DNA of 64,000 nucleotides from Phoronis australis (GCA_002633005.1 NMRA01000053.1:124001-188000); one strand, 5' to 3'; positions 35,260-49,937 are shown, counted from the stretch's first letter. Made by a program: numbers and translations. Notes: generated from the letters alone by a model not told the origin.

Positions 35260-38200
35260 ATGTCAAATAACAAAAGTCAAAGCTCCAAATGATTACGTAT
35301 TTAGGGCAGGGATAAAGACTGACATTTAGCTCAAAACAACGTCGCCTAAAATGATGAACTCTTGTAATACTGTGGAAGTGAAAATATTTTATGTCCTATT
35401 GCGCAAATCGGGTTATTTGTACTACTGAGTACAGAACTTAGTCACTGATGAGACCTGGATGTATTTTTATTAAAATGTAAACATTTTCATTGCCTCCTCA
35501 TGAAGCGTTCCAGGCCTGAATGCTGCACGTGCATGTAAAAACAATTATCTGTACTTATAGTTAGACTATCGATTAATTTCATTGAAATGCATATTTAGCT
35601 CAAAGAAATCCCATTCACCCCGTCCATTAATTCTAGCACTGTACACTCAGAGCGAGAGTAGTAGAGAGCCCGCTTACAATCAGACTCCTTACAATTATTT
35701 GGGGGTCATTGTGCGTTTCCGATTGAAATCTCTGTCGAAGTGTTCCTTTGCCTATTAATTCTCCCAAAGGAATAATTGAGCGTCGCAGCAAACAAAAAGG
35801 TGGGCGTTACTGAAGTCTACAACGTTAAAGGGTCGATGTTTCCCGGAAGCTCCCTACAAACGAATCCCTTTTCAGTGCCAACTCTCTCATAAGGATGAGT
35901 CATATCGTAATTTTCATCTGCACATCGGGCCGTCCAAACTTGATCGAATATCCCTCACCCGGCGGGACAGTACACGAGTTAGAAATTCTCAAATCCGCTT
36001 TCTACAAACAGTGGCTCAGCAAAGATATCCATGCTGCAAAGCAAAATTATTTCATCGTATTAATGGGTCCACATTCTTGTTGGGGCGAGACTAAAAGCAA
36101 ACAACATTGACCCAATTAGAGGTCAGTCAGGTCAAGAACATTTTCTAACTTGGCTTTGATCTGTCAGAGCATTTGCAAAAAAGTTATGTAATTTTATGCA
36201 AGAATCTCATGTCAATCACTGAATGTAAACACGTTAGCACCGCCCATTGACCTGAACTCGGCTGCATTGGTTTGTGGTTTGTTGACCAAGGCCAAGTAAA
36301 GAATCGATCGAAAGATGTACTATTGTCGGGCACTAATTTTTGGGTGGCAAACACAAAAAGCCATGTCATTTATTGTCTTGTAATCAGCAAAGGTACCGTC
36401 GCTCCAATGTAGGCGGTGAAATTAAAGACAGTCCTACTTTTTCTCTTCTTTTAATTATAAAATCCTGAAAAATTTGGCATCTAACTAACTTTCTAATGAT
36501 GCTCTTCTAATCAAATGTTTTAAAATACCGTAATACGGAATTTTCAAAATTATTTTTAACTTTTGCCGATGTACAAAGAAAATGCCCGGCTGTGATTAAA
36601 CTGCATTGAATTTCACTGTTTGTTACTTATGAAAAACAAAGGAACACAAATGTTCCTATTTTACGGTCATGTTTCTCGAGTTAAGAAACTCTTTCTGTGT
36701 TCCAAAATGGCGAAAGTGAATAGAATAACGTGTTATTTGTGATAGATCCTCATGCAAAAGTGGAATATTTTAAAACAATTCCTAAGAGGGTTTTATGCAT
36801 AAAGCACTGTTGTGAAAGTTTCAAATGAATCCGATTAGACAGATAGTTTATTTTTAGCCATTCATAATACAAATAGTCATGCTTCTACACAAGTCGTTCC
36901 TACTTGCTAAGCGCGACTTAAGTGACAAGAGTGGGACTTGTAGTAGTCGAAGGTAAAAACTACACTAAGGTTTTACTAAGACTATATGTATAATAGCCAT
37001 TGAATTAAAAATATCAAAACAAGGCATCAGCCGTTTAGTCTGAAAAAAAAATCCGAGTGCAATGGGTCTCATAACTCTCTTTTGAGTCATTATAAACCAT
37101 ATTCTGGTGTCAGTTAAAAACAATTCTCTTCACAAGCGCATTTGTTCTTCCAAATCAATGCCATTGCATTCTTATCCTTAGTTTGGTTACTATAAAAGTG
37201 TAAGTGGCCTGATGACCAGACTGCCTTAGCCACTGGAATCAGCTGAACCCAACCCAAGCAACTTCAAATGGCACGGGTTTAGGAGTATTAGGCCCAGGCC
37301 GGGTTGGGGTAGAGGGGGGATGTCTCCCTATACTCTAGATTTATGCAAAAATGAACGAAATTTCGAACGATACAAGCAAAAATTTGAGTAACAGAGCATC
37401 CAATGGAAAATTCTTGAAAGATATATAAGACGGAGTTGAAGCCGTTTGCCTAGACCGGAGGAGAGGAGGGGAGAGGAGGGGCCGGCGTAGGTGAAACTGA
37501 AAAGGGCAGCTTGATATTGATGGCCACCGGGGTGAGAAGAACTTGATAACAACTGGCTGAAGGTAGAGAGGACTTGGTGGCAACGGGGGGGGGGGNTTCA
37601 TGCCTACATTTGGCGAGCAATGCTACGTTATATGTCCCTGAACCACCAACGGTCTCACGCTTATATGAAGAAATCATTTCTAATCAGCGAGGAAAGAACA
37701 AGAGGATATTGATTTTCTAACAGCAAGTGATCTAAATTAAAATTTTTAGATCGAAGATGCAAGTATACTGTCTGTGTAAGCCTTCCTTCCAGAAAAATCT
37801 CATATTTAGTTGCTATAGGTCAAAACCCACCACGGCTCTTGCTGGGTGTGAAACGAGAGTTTATGTTTGCTTGGCCTGACAAAAGGCTGGATTAAATCTT
37901 TTTTCACCTTTATAACAGACGGCGCTGTTGCCACGTCTGGTGACCTGTTGGAGGTGAAAGGTCGAGTCTACGTTGTAGAGGGGTTTTCAAACAGTGTTGT
38001 GTTGGCGTGATCATAGACAAAAAGAAACATCCGAGTATTCCTTAAATTCAGACTTAAAATACAGCTTTTCCAAACATACAGGCTACACAAATTGTATTCT
38101 TATGCATTTAAAATGTTTCTGACTAAATGTAACGAGTTCCACTGTATCAAGGAGTCGATCATTCCCGTTGAATATTAACTTGATCTAAGGTTGTGACGGA

Positions 38201-38746
38201 TGAACTGTAACTTTATATTCAGACCCCAGTGTTCAGATTTATAAGTAGAAGCCCAACTTGGCTTCTGTGAGAAATCTATGAATGCTCGGTTACAACGGCT
38301 TCCTGAATCAGTCAGCAAAGCAAAACTGACAAATCGAACCGTTTTGCTGTAGTCTGTCTATTCTTTCTAGAAATAAATTTGTGGATTTTTGACTCATTCA
38401 TATGTCATAGACCATATTTAATGAAGGAAATTCGTAGAATTCCGGGACAACTAAATCAAATTCTCGGGCTCATTTTAGAAACCAATTCGTCTCCCCCTTG
38501 CCGATAATGCGCTCGTCCTTACGCTATTCATGTGCTAATAGTTACATCACCAACCGGCCATATTTACACGAAGTCCGATCCCCGTAAGGTCAAGCCAGGT
38601 CTAGCTTTAGTTTTCACATACTGACGACTCGAAAAGAAAGGAGAAGCCAAATTTTGTGGACCAGATGAAACTCCAAATAGGACATGATGTTTTCTGATGT
38701 TTATTAAATAAACCCAGTGGTTCATCGCGACGAAAGAGAAACGAAA

Positions 38747-38792
38747 ATGATGTCCAATATGTACGAGTATCCACCGCCAAAGAAACCTAAAG
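38747..38792 (+). CDS. Candidate first coding exon of an unidentified gene (MMSNMYEYPPPKKPK)
   Basis: GAAAATG start context, NLS-like PPPKKPK, donor AAAG|GTACTG in phase 1. Confidence 0.35.
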
Positions 38793-39354
38793 GTACTGTA
38801 GATTACGGTAGAGTACGGTAGAAATCATGACTTCGATCATATAGAAAAGCCTAAGGCCAACTCGGACAGTTGCAAATCATTTTTGGCTTAATTATACTGT
38901 GATGTTTATAATTGGAAAACATGTTTTAATTTAACTGTTCATATCTTAAGAAGTTTTGAAAGTGACTTTTTATTTGGCGTGTTAAACCATATATAAAAAT
39001 TTAAGAAAGTTGATAAATGAGATTAAACAATGCTCAAATCTATAGTGATTGAGTTAAAGTATTAAGTTTTTTGTATGAATGTGATAAAAGAAAGGAATGT
39101 GCAACTTGAAAGATGCTTATTGTTTGTAAACTGTCTGTTGTTTTCACGTTTTTTAAAGGTCTTTGTCTTTAATATACACTGATATTTTCTCAGGTATTAT
39201 GACATTTGAAATCTATGGACAAACTAATTTCGTACCCTACACCAAACAGAATGCTGGTTTAGATGACTAAAACAAAATTAAAAAGGGCCTTTTACGCTGC
39301 TAAATTTGATGTCATGTCATTACTTTTCATGATAGGGTTCTATCAAGTTTGGAT

Positions 39355-39441
39355 GAGCGTGGTAATGTGTTAAAATCTTAAAAAAAACTTTTATTAAGAA
39401 TTCGATGTTGACAGCTAAACAGTGGGGAAATGCCCCTTTAA
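39355..39441 (+). mobile_element. Right end of Kolobok-like element (same family as 9800-9884)
   Basis: Shared ~85-bp sequence ending AAATGCCCCT|TTAA. Confidence 0.5.
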
Positions 39442-42400
39442 TAGTATTCTTTGTTAGCTGTCCATTGGGTCTATGTAATAGTCAAGAAAGGGCTTATTAT
39501 ATGTGCGGTTAAATGACAGCAATTTCGGACAAAAATGAATGCCAAATTTGCCCTTTTAAATCATTTTCCTAACATAGTTGTGCATGCCCACAATATTTAA
39601 AAAAATAATCCCTGTTGGTACTTATTATGCAGAACTTCAACATCTCACAGCATTATTTTGGTGGTTCATTTATTTTTTGTTAGAAATTAGAAAATAAAAT
39701 TTCGTTTGTGCTCATATTGTGTCTTAAATTGGTTAGATTTTACCACATTGTTTGTAATTTCAGATGCAATTTTACATTCACAAAACAATGAAAAGCATCT
39801 CTTAATTCTTACCAGTGTATTTTTACGGTGCTTATTAATGTCATTTTTGGTAAAATTGAACAGCCATCTCTCTCCTGAAGTAAGCAATGTCTGGCAATAC
39901 ATTGCTCCATGCTAAACATGCTCTCTGGTGGAAATGTACAAGTGCTCTAATTTTATGTGGCTTGAAAATATTAAAATTATTTTTACTTTGAAAAGGAAAT
40001 ACTGAAAAGTTGTTGCTGAGAGGGTCAAACACACGAAGCAATTTTTTTGCTTATAAAAAATTTAATTGAGTTTTTGGGATGAAAAATTTTGTAACGGGGT
40101 GTTTTGTTAAATGATAAATTATTGGAATTTTTGTAATCCAGTGGCCGTTTATTTTTTAATTTGAAAAGAATATTGTTCAATGGGGTCATGAAACCAGGCC
40201 CGAAGCATTAAATCAGATGGAATTTTTTAAGTTGCATTTCACCTCATTTAGTTGGCTAAAAACAAAAAAAAACAGAGAACATTTATTTTATAAATTACAA
40301 AGAACATTGTTGAGTGGGTGCATGATGGCAGGACTTATCATTTGTGAAAAAATAAGATATACAAATTTCACCTGTGTGACATTTTGTGTTCTAAATTCTT
40401 ATGAATATTCCATATATTGTGAACATCGAAATTATCAGTAAGTCAAGGAAATGTTTCAGATCTTAGTGGGGTTGGCCAACCCTTAAATTGCCATGCCGCT
40501 CTCTTGGGTTGATTGAAAGTGTCAGCAACTCAAGAATATGCTTCAGATTTTCTTGGGGTCTGTCAACCCTCAAATTTCCATGCCTGTGACTTAAGTTGTT
40601 GACATAAATGGGATCCTAATATGGTGTGGAGTAATAGGAGACCAATTTTATGAAAGTAAAAAGCCTGTGGTAAAAATTCTTCAGTTTGAGAAGCACGCGA
40701 TATGGCGGACATGTGAAATTTCATCTAGTCAAAGTTCTCCACAAAAATAAATTTTCAGGAGAATTTACTTTGCTTTTAGCATGGTTTGTATGGTGTAGCT
40801 ATTACTAAACAACATTTGGTAAGATTTTGAACATTTGCTATAATATGATAGGATTCTGAAAAATAGAAATTTGGCAAATTGAAGAGTTTTTGCCGAAATT
40901 TGATTTTCGTTTTTAGCCAGCGATGCGATACAGGGTGGACTGCTGTTAGTGTTAATCTATTTTGTGAATGATAACGGTGAGACTTCTTACACTGATTGGG
41001 TATTACAAAAGACAACAAGTCCTTCAGTACACAAGTTGATTCAAGCAATACAGTCTGTACCTGGATTTATACACGAGACGCACAAGTCCAACTTTTCGTA
41101 CGTGACTTTTTATAGTACAAATTTTAACTGGTTGATAATATTTGTTATTACCGGTATGGGTATATATGGTTTTGCGTGTTTGTGTTTGTGAAAAAATATT
41201 GTAGTCTTGAAGACAAAAATTGAACACATGACACATTTTGTCAGTTGTGTTATAGATGTCTAACAATCTTAAATACTGTAACTCTTCACTTACATATTTC
41301 GCACAAAAATGGTTACCAAAATTGTCACTGTTCTAATACTGATTGCTGTGCTGTAAATGATGTAGACTTTACTTATTGCGGTTTTATGCCTTCTGCACAC
41401 AGCGAACCAAACTTGTATCACAAAAATTTCCTTCTTTATTTTTTGCAAAATTTTTGGAAATAAAAAGGCTAACTGTCCACCATATAATGTGTTAAATGGT
41501 TGAAGAATAGAAAACATTCTACATACAATTCTTTGGTGTTTGTGAGTGCACAAAAGCATCTTTCACGTGAGCCATTTTCTGTTATGCAAGATGCAATTTT
41601 TTTCGTTCACAAGATATTGTAAAACGGTCATATTTGTGTGAACATTCTACCTCACTGGCAGTTTGATGACATGGTGGTCTCAATGAATGTATAAAAACCC
41701 TTTAAGAGTTCCTACTTCATTTAATCCATAAGAGAATGCAGAACACCATTCACCAACTACGCTATTGCCATCTCCATCTCCATGGACAATGGGTATTTCA
41801 TCATGTCGCAGCTAATCACTGAAAGCAGCCCATAGGCAGAGTTTTGAGCAATTAATGATGAACAAAGTGTTCCCTCACCCATGTGTCGATGTTGGAAAAT
41901 GCTTGTCATTTTCTCCAAACTTTTTCTTGTGATAGTCCGTTTTCCATTGTCAATCCAGTTTGGATTCGGGTGCCACATCACCTTTCCGTGAAGTTGTTCA
42001 GTGGTCACATGTACTTTCTGGAAGCTTGTCAGACCTCTGTGTTCTACTGGTCAGTCTGTATTTGTGTCCATTATTTGTCCAGCATATCTATCCCCTTCAA
42101 GCTTGACCTGGTGTGGTTCTTGTGAACTGTTATGCAACAACCAGACAGTCCATATTGGACTTAAATATTATCTTACCCACACTTGGCTGTGTATGCTGGC
42201 AGCTTGTTTTAATCAGATTTTTATTTCAGTGACTCATACATTATAACCATTGTACACATTGAGATAAATTCGATTTTCCATTAGAAAATCTCGTGTCTAT
42301 TGTGTGTGTGTGCATAGAAATGATTATGGCGTCTTGGATATGAAGAAAAGTTCAGTCCATACAATTGAAATTTTTCTGTGCGCATGTGTGTAGTTCAATA

Positions 42401-45400
42401 AACTGTCCTTTGTCATAGCCGTTAATTTTTCTCTATGTGCTTAAGTTTCAGTTTCTGGATGTGACAAAATTTGTTGTTTGAATATCGAAATATTTTGTTT
42501 TTGAGATATGCAATTTAAGAATAACTTTTGAAGCGCTCAAAAGCCATAGGCCCACGGCACAATTGAACACATTTACATATTTACATACGAGGATTACAAA
42601 ATAAAGAAATTAAATACACGGCAAAAATTAATTAAGGACATTGATATGGAAATATACCTGTATGTTAAAGTACATGTGTATTTATAATGATGATGTGCAG
42701 AGTATAGTAATTCTTCACTTGTTTAGCACACAATATGGCCCACAAGTGACCTTCTATTTTATCAAATGTCTTTACAAAAATAATTTTAAACAAAATTCCC
42801 GGTCTGTTACTGACAAGGTTTGTGCTGTTTATGTCATGAAAGAACTTTTGTTGTTTTTTTTTGCAGCAAAGTAGCCGACCTTTGAATGGAAATTAACAAT
42901 TTTGATAATTATTTTATGCGAAATAAGTTAATTACCATAAATATTTTCATGTTTCCAAAGGCTAATATCTGGTCTATATAACAACACATGTGATTAAATG
43001 TATTTTTGCCACGTTAAAAATTTAACCCTCAATTGCATGTCTTGTCCTGGGCAAAAAGTCAAGTATTGTGTATTTCCACTGCATAATATGGCTTATGCTA
43101 ATGCTCTGTGAAAACACAAGTGCTCAATAATAATGATATTAATAGTTTTTTGGATTTGTCTTTGCCTAAAATGTAAGTACAGCACAAAATTTTTTTTCAA
43201 ACACAACCAAAATGTTGAACATGGCTCAGGGCTTATCAGTCTGTGATATTTTTTAACCTACCTCTGTGCAGCTCTAAAAACTAAGTTTTTCAGTTTTCCA
43301 TTATTTCATTTTTGAGTCTGTATGCCTAAAATGTACGCATGATTTCCAGTCACCATGAAAAGCCTGGAAAAATACATGTCTGGAAAAAATTAAAATTAAA
43401 AGTAAAAACGCATTCAGTAACGCTTGGTAAAAATCGTAAGCAAAAATCCGACATCTTCTGTTTACAGGTAAAATGACTCATGGAAAAAACGTTGGTCCAA
43501 GAATACTGGATTTAGATTAGGTTATGAAATGGGTCTCAAATTGTTCCATAGTCAAAATAGATGTGACTTCTGACCTTTGCAAGAACTGAATGTTGGTTAC
43601 TGCTGAAGATGAAGCTTTACAAGTAGACTTGACACGGTGGTCATTTTATTCCCCAACAAGGTCTTAATCACTAACCAACTGTCAGTTCTGTGCAAGCCCA
43701 AAAATCTTGACGTCTGAGTGAGCAACAAGTCGAGATCAATTTTATGATGGTAAGTCGACCAAATCCAAAATTGGTTTCTTCATTGGATTGTAGGTTTCTA
43801 GTTGCTTTTACAGGATTAGATGGTTTTAAAAGGAATTCACCACAACCAAAGTTGGACCTCTTTCTTGTTTGGGTACATTCCTGTTTCACACAATGGCTTA
43901 GTCCTCCAGAGTCATGTCCCTTCAGACAGCAGAGATTGACCCTTTAACATAGGAGACTTGGCTGTGAATACAAATAATGTGGTCATTTGTTGATGCATTA
44001 TATAAGAATGGCCTCCACTAGTTCACAGTATCCTGCAATGATGTTCATCAGAAAGGTTGCCACCAACCAATTTTTTATTTCAATAAGTTGGAAGTATGCT
44101 TTGTGTTGACCAATGTCGCATCTGTCTTCATGCTTCGCAACTAGACTTCCAGCAAGGTTCTCACAGCTTCTCTTGTCCAGCCCTAACCCTGACCAGCGAT
44201 TATGTTGATAATGATGAGCCATGTTGAGCTAATTTGTTTGTCTGTCTGCTCACACATAACTAGGTGAAAGCCTCTTCAGTGTTATGGCTCTCACAGCAGG
44301 CTTCCAGCTTAAAAGGAGGAAGTCTGGCTTTCCACAACACCATTTGGTCATCCAAAAATGATTGGTGATAGAACTCCACAAAAGAGCGAGAGAATTGATG
44401 GGGAGTCTTATTCTACTTCTATCTGATTTAGGCTATTCTTCAGTGTTTCTCCAGTTATATAAACTTAGGACTTGTTACAGTTTCCTCAATTGGCTTATTA
44501 ATATAGTATTAAGTGTTATAGATTCTGTGGTTAGAATTGACCACAACTCAATGCCATTCTACAGGTGCTCGAAAACCACACTCTCAGCACACCAGAATCT
44601 TTTCCATTAACATCCACTCTTGGTGTTTAGGGAATCTTCAGTCAATGGGAACATGTAAATTCAGCCTTGGATCACAGCTAAATCACAAATTTAGTACAAT
44701 GTAAAAAGGTGGATGTCAACTCATCGCAACCGTGGTAACCCTTAAATTATTTGTCTTCAAAGTTATTGGCAGATATCGATGTCAACAGCAGCACGAGTTT
44801 CGGAAAGTTTTTTTTAGAAACTGTTTGGCTGATGAGTCCAAGTAACAAAATCCATTAGAAAATTATCATTTTCCGAAAAATATTTACATCAAGCACAGTT
44901 GCAATATCTCTTGTCTAAAAGTAATACCAATGCCCACGGTCTAATCTCTCAACTCGGACATGATTCAGACTCCCGATTCGAAACTTAACCAATCATGCCA
45001 CATATGGTTTGAATAATAAATTTGTAAGTTTGCTAAATGTGTGCCATGCAATCTGTCAAATTTTTAGTCAAATTTCAAGTACACAGGTTAGACCCTGGGC
45101 CCAGGGTTGCGTTCCATAGATGCAAGTTCTCACATTCTCTGCTTGTAATGTGTGTAATGCATGGCTATATATCGCAAAGGTTTGCCTGATCTTGCATTTC
45201 CATTCTGTTTCTTGGGTATACAGAATGCAGCCCATTGTGTTGTCTGAGTGAAATTTCACCCATATAGTTGCCAACATTCGAAAATAAAAAACCGGGACAT
45301 CTGGATATCAAGGCCTTTCTGCAAAATGCAAATGTTTGCTGCAATATCCTAGAACACCCTGTCAGCATTTTTGGTTATGCCTTCAAGTGGAACTGGGTTA

Positions 45401-46512
45401 AGTCATCTGGAAGAGCACAAAATATATAGAAACACACAAGTTTCACTGTTTGTGTCAAAAAGTGGGACATTCTGATGCTTTGTTGTGACGTAGGACAAAA
45501 CTTCAAAAACGAGAATGGTCGCTCCGGAAGTGAGACACTTGGCAAGTATGTACTCATTAAGTGAAAACTAATTGTAATTTGTATGGTAATTGTAAAATAG
45601 GAAATGTATGTTCTTAGGGTAAAAATATTTGTATATTATGTGAGAATGATGTGAAAATTCAGGTAGTCAACAATAAAATATGCATTATGATGCATGAATA
45701 TGTTATGATAACTTTTGTAAGTCTTAGGATAAAGGACAATTATTCTCTCTTTCTCAGTACTCAACTGCATAAATTTGTAAGTAGATCAGAAGATTAGCGC
45801 TTCATTTGTTTGCATTTGTAGCTGTGCCCCCTTGTTACTGACCATGCCCTGAATTAAGTGCATCTATGAAAAGATGATTCTTGGTTTTCAACCTGTCATA
45901 CTCCAAGGAGATATTCTCTCTACAAGGCAAGGCATATCCTGTGACTTGATAACCCCCAAAACTATTGGTCGAAGGTAGTGTTGAGCAAACCAATGTGATC
46001 TTCAGAAACCACTACAGACAACTATGCCTCTTGAAAAAAAGTTGCGTAATGGTCTCCTAGTGACCTAGCAAAGGTCATCCACCCAGGAGGTGTTCTCTCA
46101 AGGTCATGAGGTCTGAAACTATATGTAAAAGTTCACAAAATTTCAGAGCAATCAGCCTTTCACTCGGCTACCATGGGACAAGAAGATATTCTGGCATTAA
46201 ATTTTTTGCTGCGCTCCATTCACACTTGCTGCTTACTGATATGAAAAAGAACTTTCTTTGCCATGAATAGCTTCACTTTCAACATGAGTTGAAACTGAGA
46301 TCTAGCCACTGAATTGAATAGGTCAGGTTTTTGGAGGGTTAGCCATCCGTATGAGTTTCTGATGCGTTTTTGCACATCATTTTTCACTTTCTGCTTATGC
46401 AAAATCAAGAAATTTGGTAACTGAGTCTGTGAAACCAGATAAATATATATTTTTTTGTGGTAGCATTGAGTTTTCATTGACATTTGGCCGAATCTGAGAA
46501 TTGAGGTGTCAG

Positions 46513-46573
46513 TGAATTGAATAAATCTGAATTGAATAAATGTGAATTGAATAAATCTGAATTGAATAAATCA
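46513..46573. repeat. 15-bp minisatellite (TGAATTGAATAAATC)x4
   Basis: Seen directly. Confidence 0.9.
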
Positions 46574-48688
46574 GATTTTGGTAGGGCTGTACTAGTTTTG
46601 ATGCATTTTGTGATTTATGAATACTCTGGATTTTCTTCACTGTAGGGAAACTAAAATCCTATCATTTTAATAGAAATTTAGATAACAGTTCTGTAGGGTA
46701 AGTGGTCGTGTTTTGAGTTTGTTTTTCAGACAACTAGACAATTCAATAAGCAGTTATAAAGTCCAACTCTACTTGACTATTACAGAGATACCTTTTATAA
46801 CAGTTATAGTTGACAGACCCAATAAAAGCTACTTGAGAGGCTTCCGTATAACTCAAGCTGTGAGGATGGCTGATGGCATAACTTGATCAATATTCATCCA
46901 AGCAGTTGGACAAAATTGTTTAATCACTTAATCAGAGCATCTTTATACGAATTCTCAATTTTTAAAAAGCAAGAGCAGACTTCTTAAGGGGAATACACTA
47001 ATTCTTCACTTATTTCTCATCAAAATAGTTGCCAAAGCTAATATTTCTATTTTCCAAATTCCAATTTAGGCTCTTTCAACTTGAATGTTAAATATTTAAA
47101 GTTAAATATGAAATAGTACCACAACACACAAAGTTATTGTTTTTTTCGAAGTTACTTGAGCTGATATTTTTCTATTTACTTAGTGGTAGTGATGCACTGA
47201 CCTAGCAGGTAGATCCAATTCACAGTCACTTGACATTGTTTTGTATTTATATCAAAACTCTTCTCTCAGCTCTCAAATTGTTACTTAAGCAAAAAGTCGG
47301 AATGAAATCCCACCAATCACCGCATTACAGCGCTTGCATCACCGCAGGGCTTGCCTTTCATTTCGATTATGGCAACAGCTTTCTTCTTAGAAAACTCAAC
47401 GCATACACTATCTAAATTTCCATCTTCTGTCTTCAAAACTATGGTCATGTTGCAGAATACCTTAAACAACTCCACAGACTGCCTATTGATTTTTGTGTAA
47501 GGTTCAAAATTCTCTGTCTGGCACATAAGTGTTCGAATTATTTGAAATGAATTTTAAAAAATCCAAAATTTCATTTTTTTCAAAAAATTTATGGAATTTT
47601 GTGAAACTAATCAGTTTTTAATGGGCTTTCAGAAGATGTTTTCCCTTTTTTGCAACAATGTCTCGTTTTTGAATTTCTGATGGCGGTGGTCCTTTGTTGA
47701 TTGAATTTTGCTGCATTTTGTTTGCCTTCTTTTGAACAAGACGATATTTCTTACTCTTTTCTGACGTCTTCATTCATCATGTTCATTATCGCCACCATCA
47801 TCTTCATCATCACCGTCATCTCCATTGCTGCCTTTTCAGTCAAGTTTCATTCCTCCGAGCACTTTCCTTCTTAAAGTATAAAGCAACTGTTTTAGGTTAC
47901 GTTTGGTAAGTATACCAATCCCTGGTTGCCTTGAAAATACATTTTCTGTGTTGATTGCATTTTTTGCTTGGCCTTCTATGTCACTTTTTTGTTCCATGGA
48001 TACTGAATACACACCAAGGGAAAAGCAATTATCAAGGAAAATGACCAAGGTAACCAAGGATGTTTATTTTTATTAAAGCGGCTAAAATGAAACTCTTGAT
48101 GACTGATAAGTTAATTAATATATTCAAAATTTTTCCAGCGTTAGTGAAATTAGCTGCATAGCAATGCGGAACTTGCATGATCCGAAACTGGCACATTGAC
48201 TACAACTATTGTCTTCCAACTCCTTCCTGCAAAAATGATAGAAGACGATGAAACCAGATTGGCAACATGCCGCACTCGTTGCCATGACATTTTGCATGGC
48301 ACATAGCTGTTGTGATTGACAAATGAGGTACAAGGTTGGCTGTAAGTTGGTACGCGTTTGGTGGTAGCTGTATATAAACCACAATACAAGTTTTAAATGA
48401 TAATGAAGAAATATAATTATACAAAGTAAGATATGTAGCACAAAATCTTTAGATTAGGAAACTTCAGCTCTAGGCCACACAGCTTCCATATTCGTATAGG
48501 AGTTCCAGTGACCCAACCCCAACTGTACAACCTTATGTTAATTTTCATGCAATAATAATTACGGCTGTATTTCGCTCCTGTTTACTAGGATTTTTCGTAG
48601 ATAAGCCTATTCCATGAAATGCCCAGATGAAATGCTCATCTGCATTTGGAAAATTATGCCATACACACCCGTAGGCATTTATTTACTG

Positions 48689-49685
48689 CATGGGCGGATT
48701 TAGGGGGGGCCCAGGGGGCCTGCCCCTCCCCCCCTTGGCTGCTGCAAAAAAATAAAACAGCAAGAGCATGTCGAGTTTATTAATTAACCCTGGTAATTAA
48801 AATTATACGGATGAAACAAGATTTAAATGTGTGCAGTTTTAGTGTTTGGGGGGGGGGCTCAAATCCAATTTCAAGTGTTAAATTCGGAACACGGCCCATT
48901 TGTAACGGAACTATGGCTTAGTATAGGCTCTCCCGCGATATCGCAGGCGACCGGCAGTGGCGCTGCGCACTACGACTCCGTTTCCGTCGTCTGCTCCACT
49001 GTGCAATGAAGAAAATTTACTTCATTTTTTAAAGAAAATGGAACCTGAGTGACGATGAAAAAATAGAAGCTACTGGTAAGATGTGAATTTTAATCAAAGC
49101 CTTAGTGAATCACTCAGAAACTCATAATTCTCTCTTTCTCAAACCTTAACTTACCGTAAGACGATTTCCACTAAGCAATCCCGTCATTATTGCCAACACG
49201 AAAAAAGGATTTGGTCTTTTGGGCATTTGAAGACTATTTTAAATACAACAAATTTGTTAAGAACCGATTGCACAAAATATAAAACGTGTAATAAACATTA
49301 CAAAAAGAGGTAGGTTTCGTGCTCAAACGCTGTGGACCATAAACAAGTAGGTCTCTTATAATGACATTAATAGCTAAGTCGTGTTGGTGTAGTGGTAAAG
49401 CATGCCCGCTCTATCTGTCAGGTCGTGAGTTCGAGTCTATGGTAGTTGCAGCTTTTGCTGTTTGACACGTTCTCCGTGTTTTTTTTTGCCTTTTTTCCTT
49501 GGATAATACTTCAGGAACCAAGGAAAATGCTTGATTTTTAGAGGAAAGAACAGAAAAATTTCCTGGGCGGGAAGGGAGCTCCCCCCATTCGGTGCTATGC
49601 GCATCTAGAATCATGGTTTGCGCAAATGCTTACAGCCGGAGAAAATGTTGCCCCTCCCCCTTGTGATATCCTAGATCCGCCACTG
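48689..49685. mobile_element. ~1-kb non-autonomous hAT-like element with 5-bp flanking duplication
   Basis: Termini CATGGGCGGATTTAGG / CCTAGATCCGCCACTG; GCCCCTCCCCC subterminal motifs at both ends; TACTG at 48684-48688 and 49686-49690. Confidence 0.75.
49378..49445 (+). pseudogene. tRNA-derived sequence (SINE head or tRNA pseudogene) inside the hAT-like element
   Basis: A box TGGTGTAGTGG (49385-49395), B box GTTCGAGTC (49429-49437), D-stem GTGT/GCAT; acceptor and anticodon stems do not pair. Confidence 0.55.
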
Positions 49686-49937
49686 TACTGTTACAACTTG
49701 TGGTGTCAAGTGTCCAAAGAGTAGGGCGTTTAGTTGGAAATTTTCTTCTTAAAAGTCTACTCAGTGTCAATTTTTTGTCACAAATTCAGTTTTGCGGAGC
49801 ATTTAGCATTTATTAAAATGAACAAGGTGTTGGCAAACTATGCGTTTATTAACATAGAATTAAAAAAAAACGCAGTTTTAAGTCAAAAACTTTCAAAGTC
49901 AGCAAAACTATGACTTTCCGGTTACACGTCCCCTTTT

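Noticed and set aside
33645-37596. Single N bases at 33645 and 37596 (also 63084)
   Set aside because: The first two follow G-runs and look like contig joins; true distances across them are uncertain and they are not biological features.
49378-49450. Functional tRNA gene
   Set aside because: Acceptor and anticodon stems cannot be formed; recorded as tRNA-derived only.
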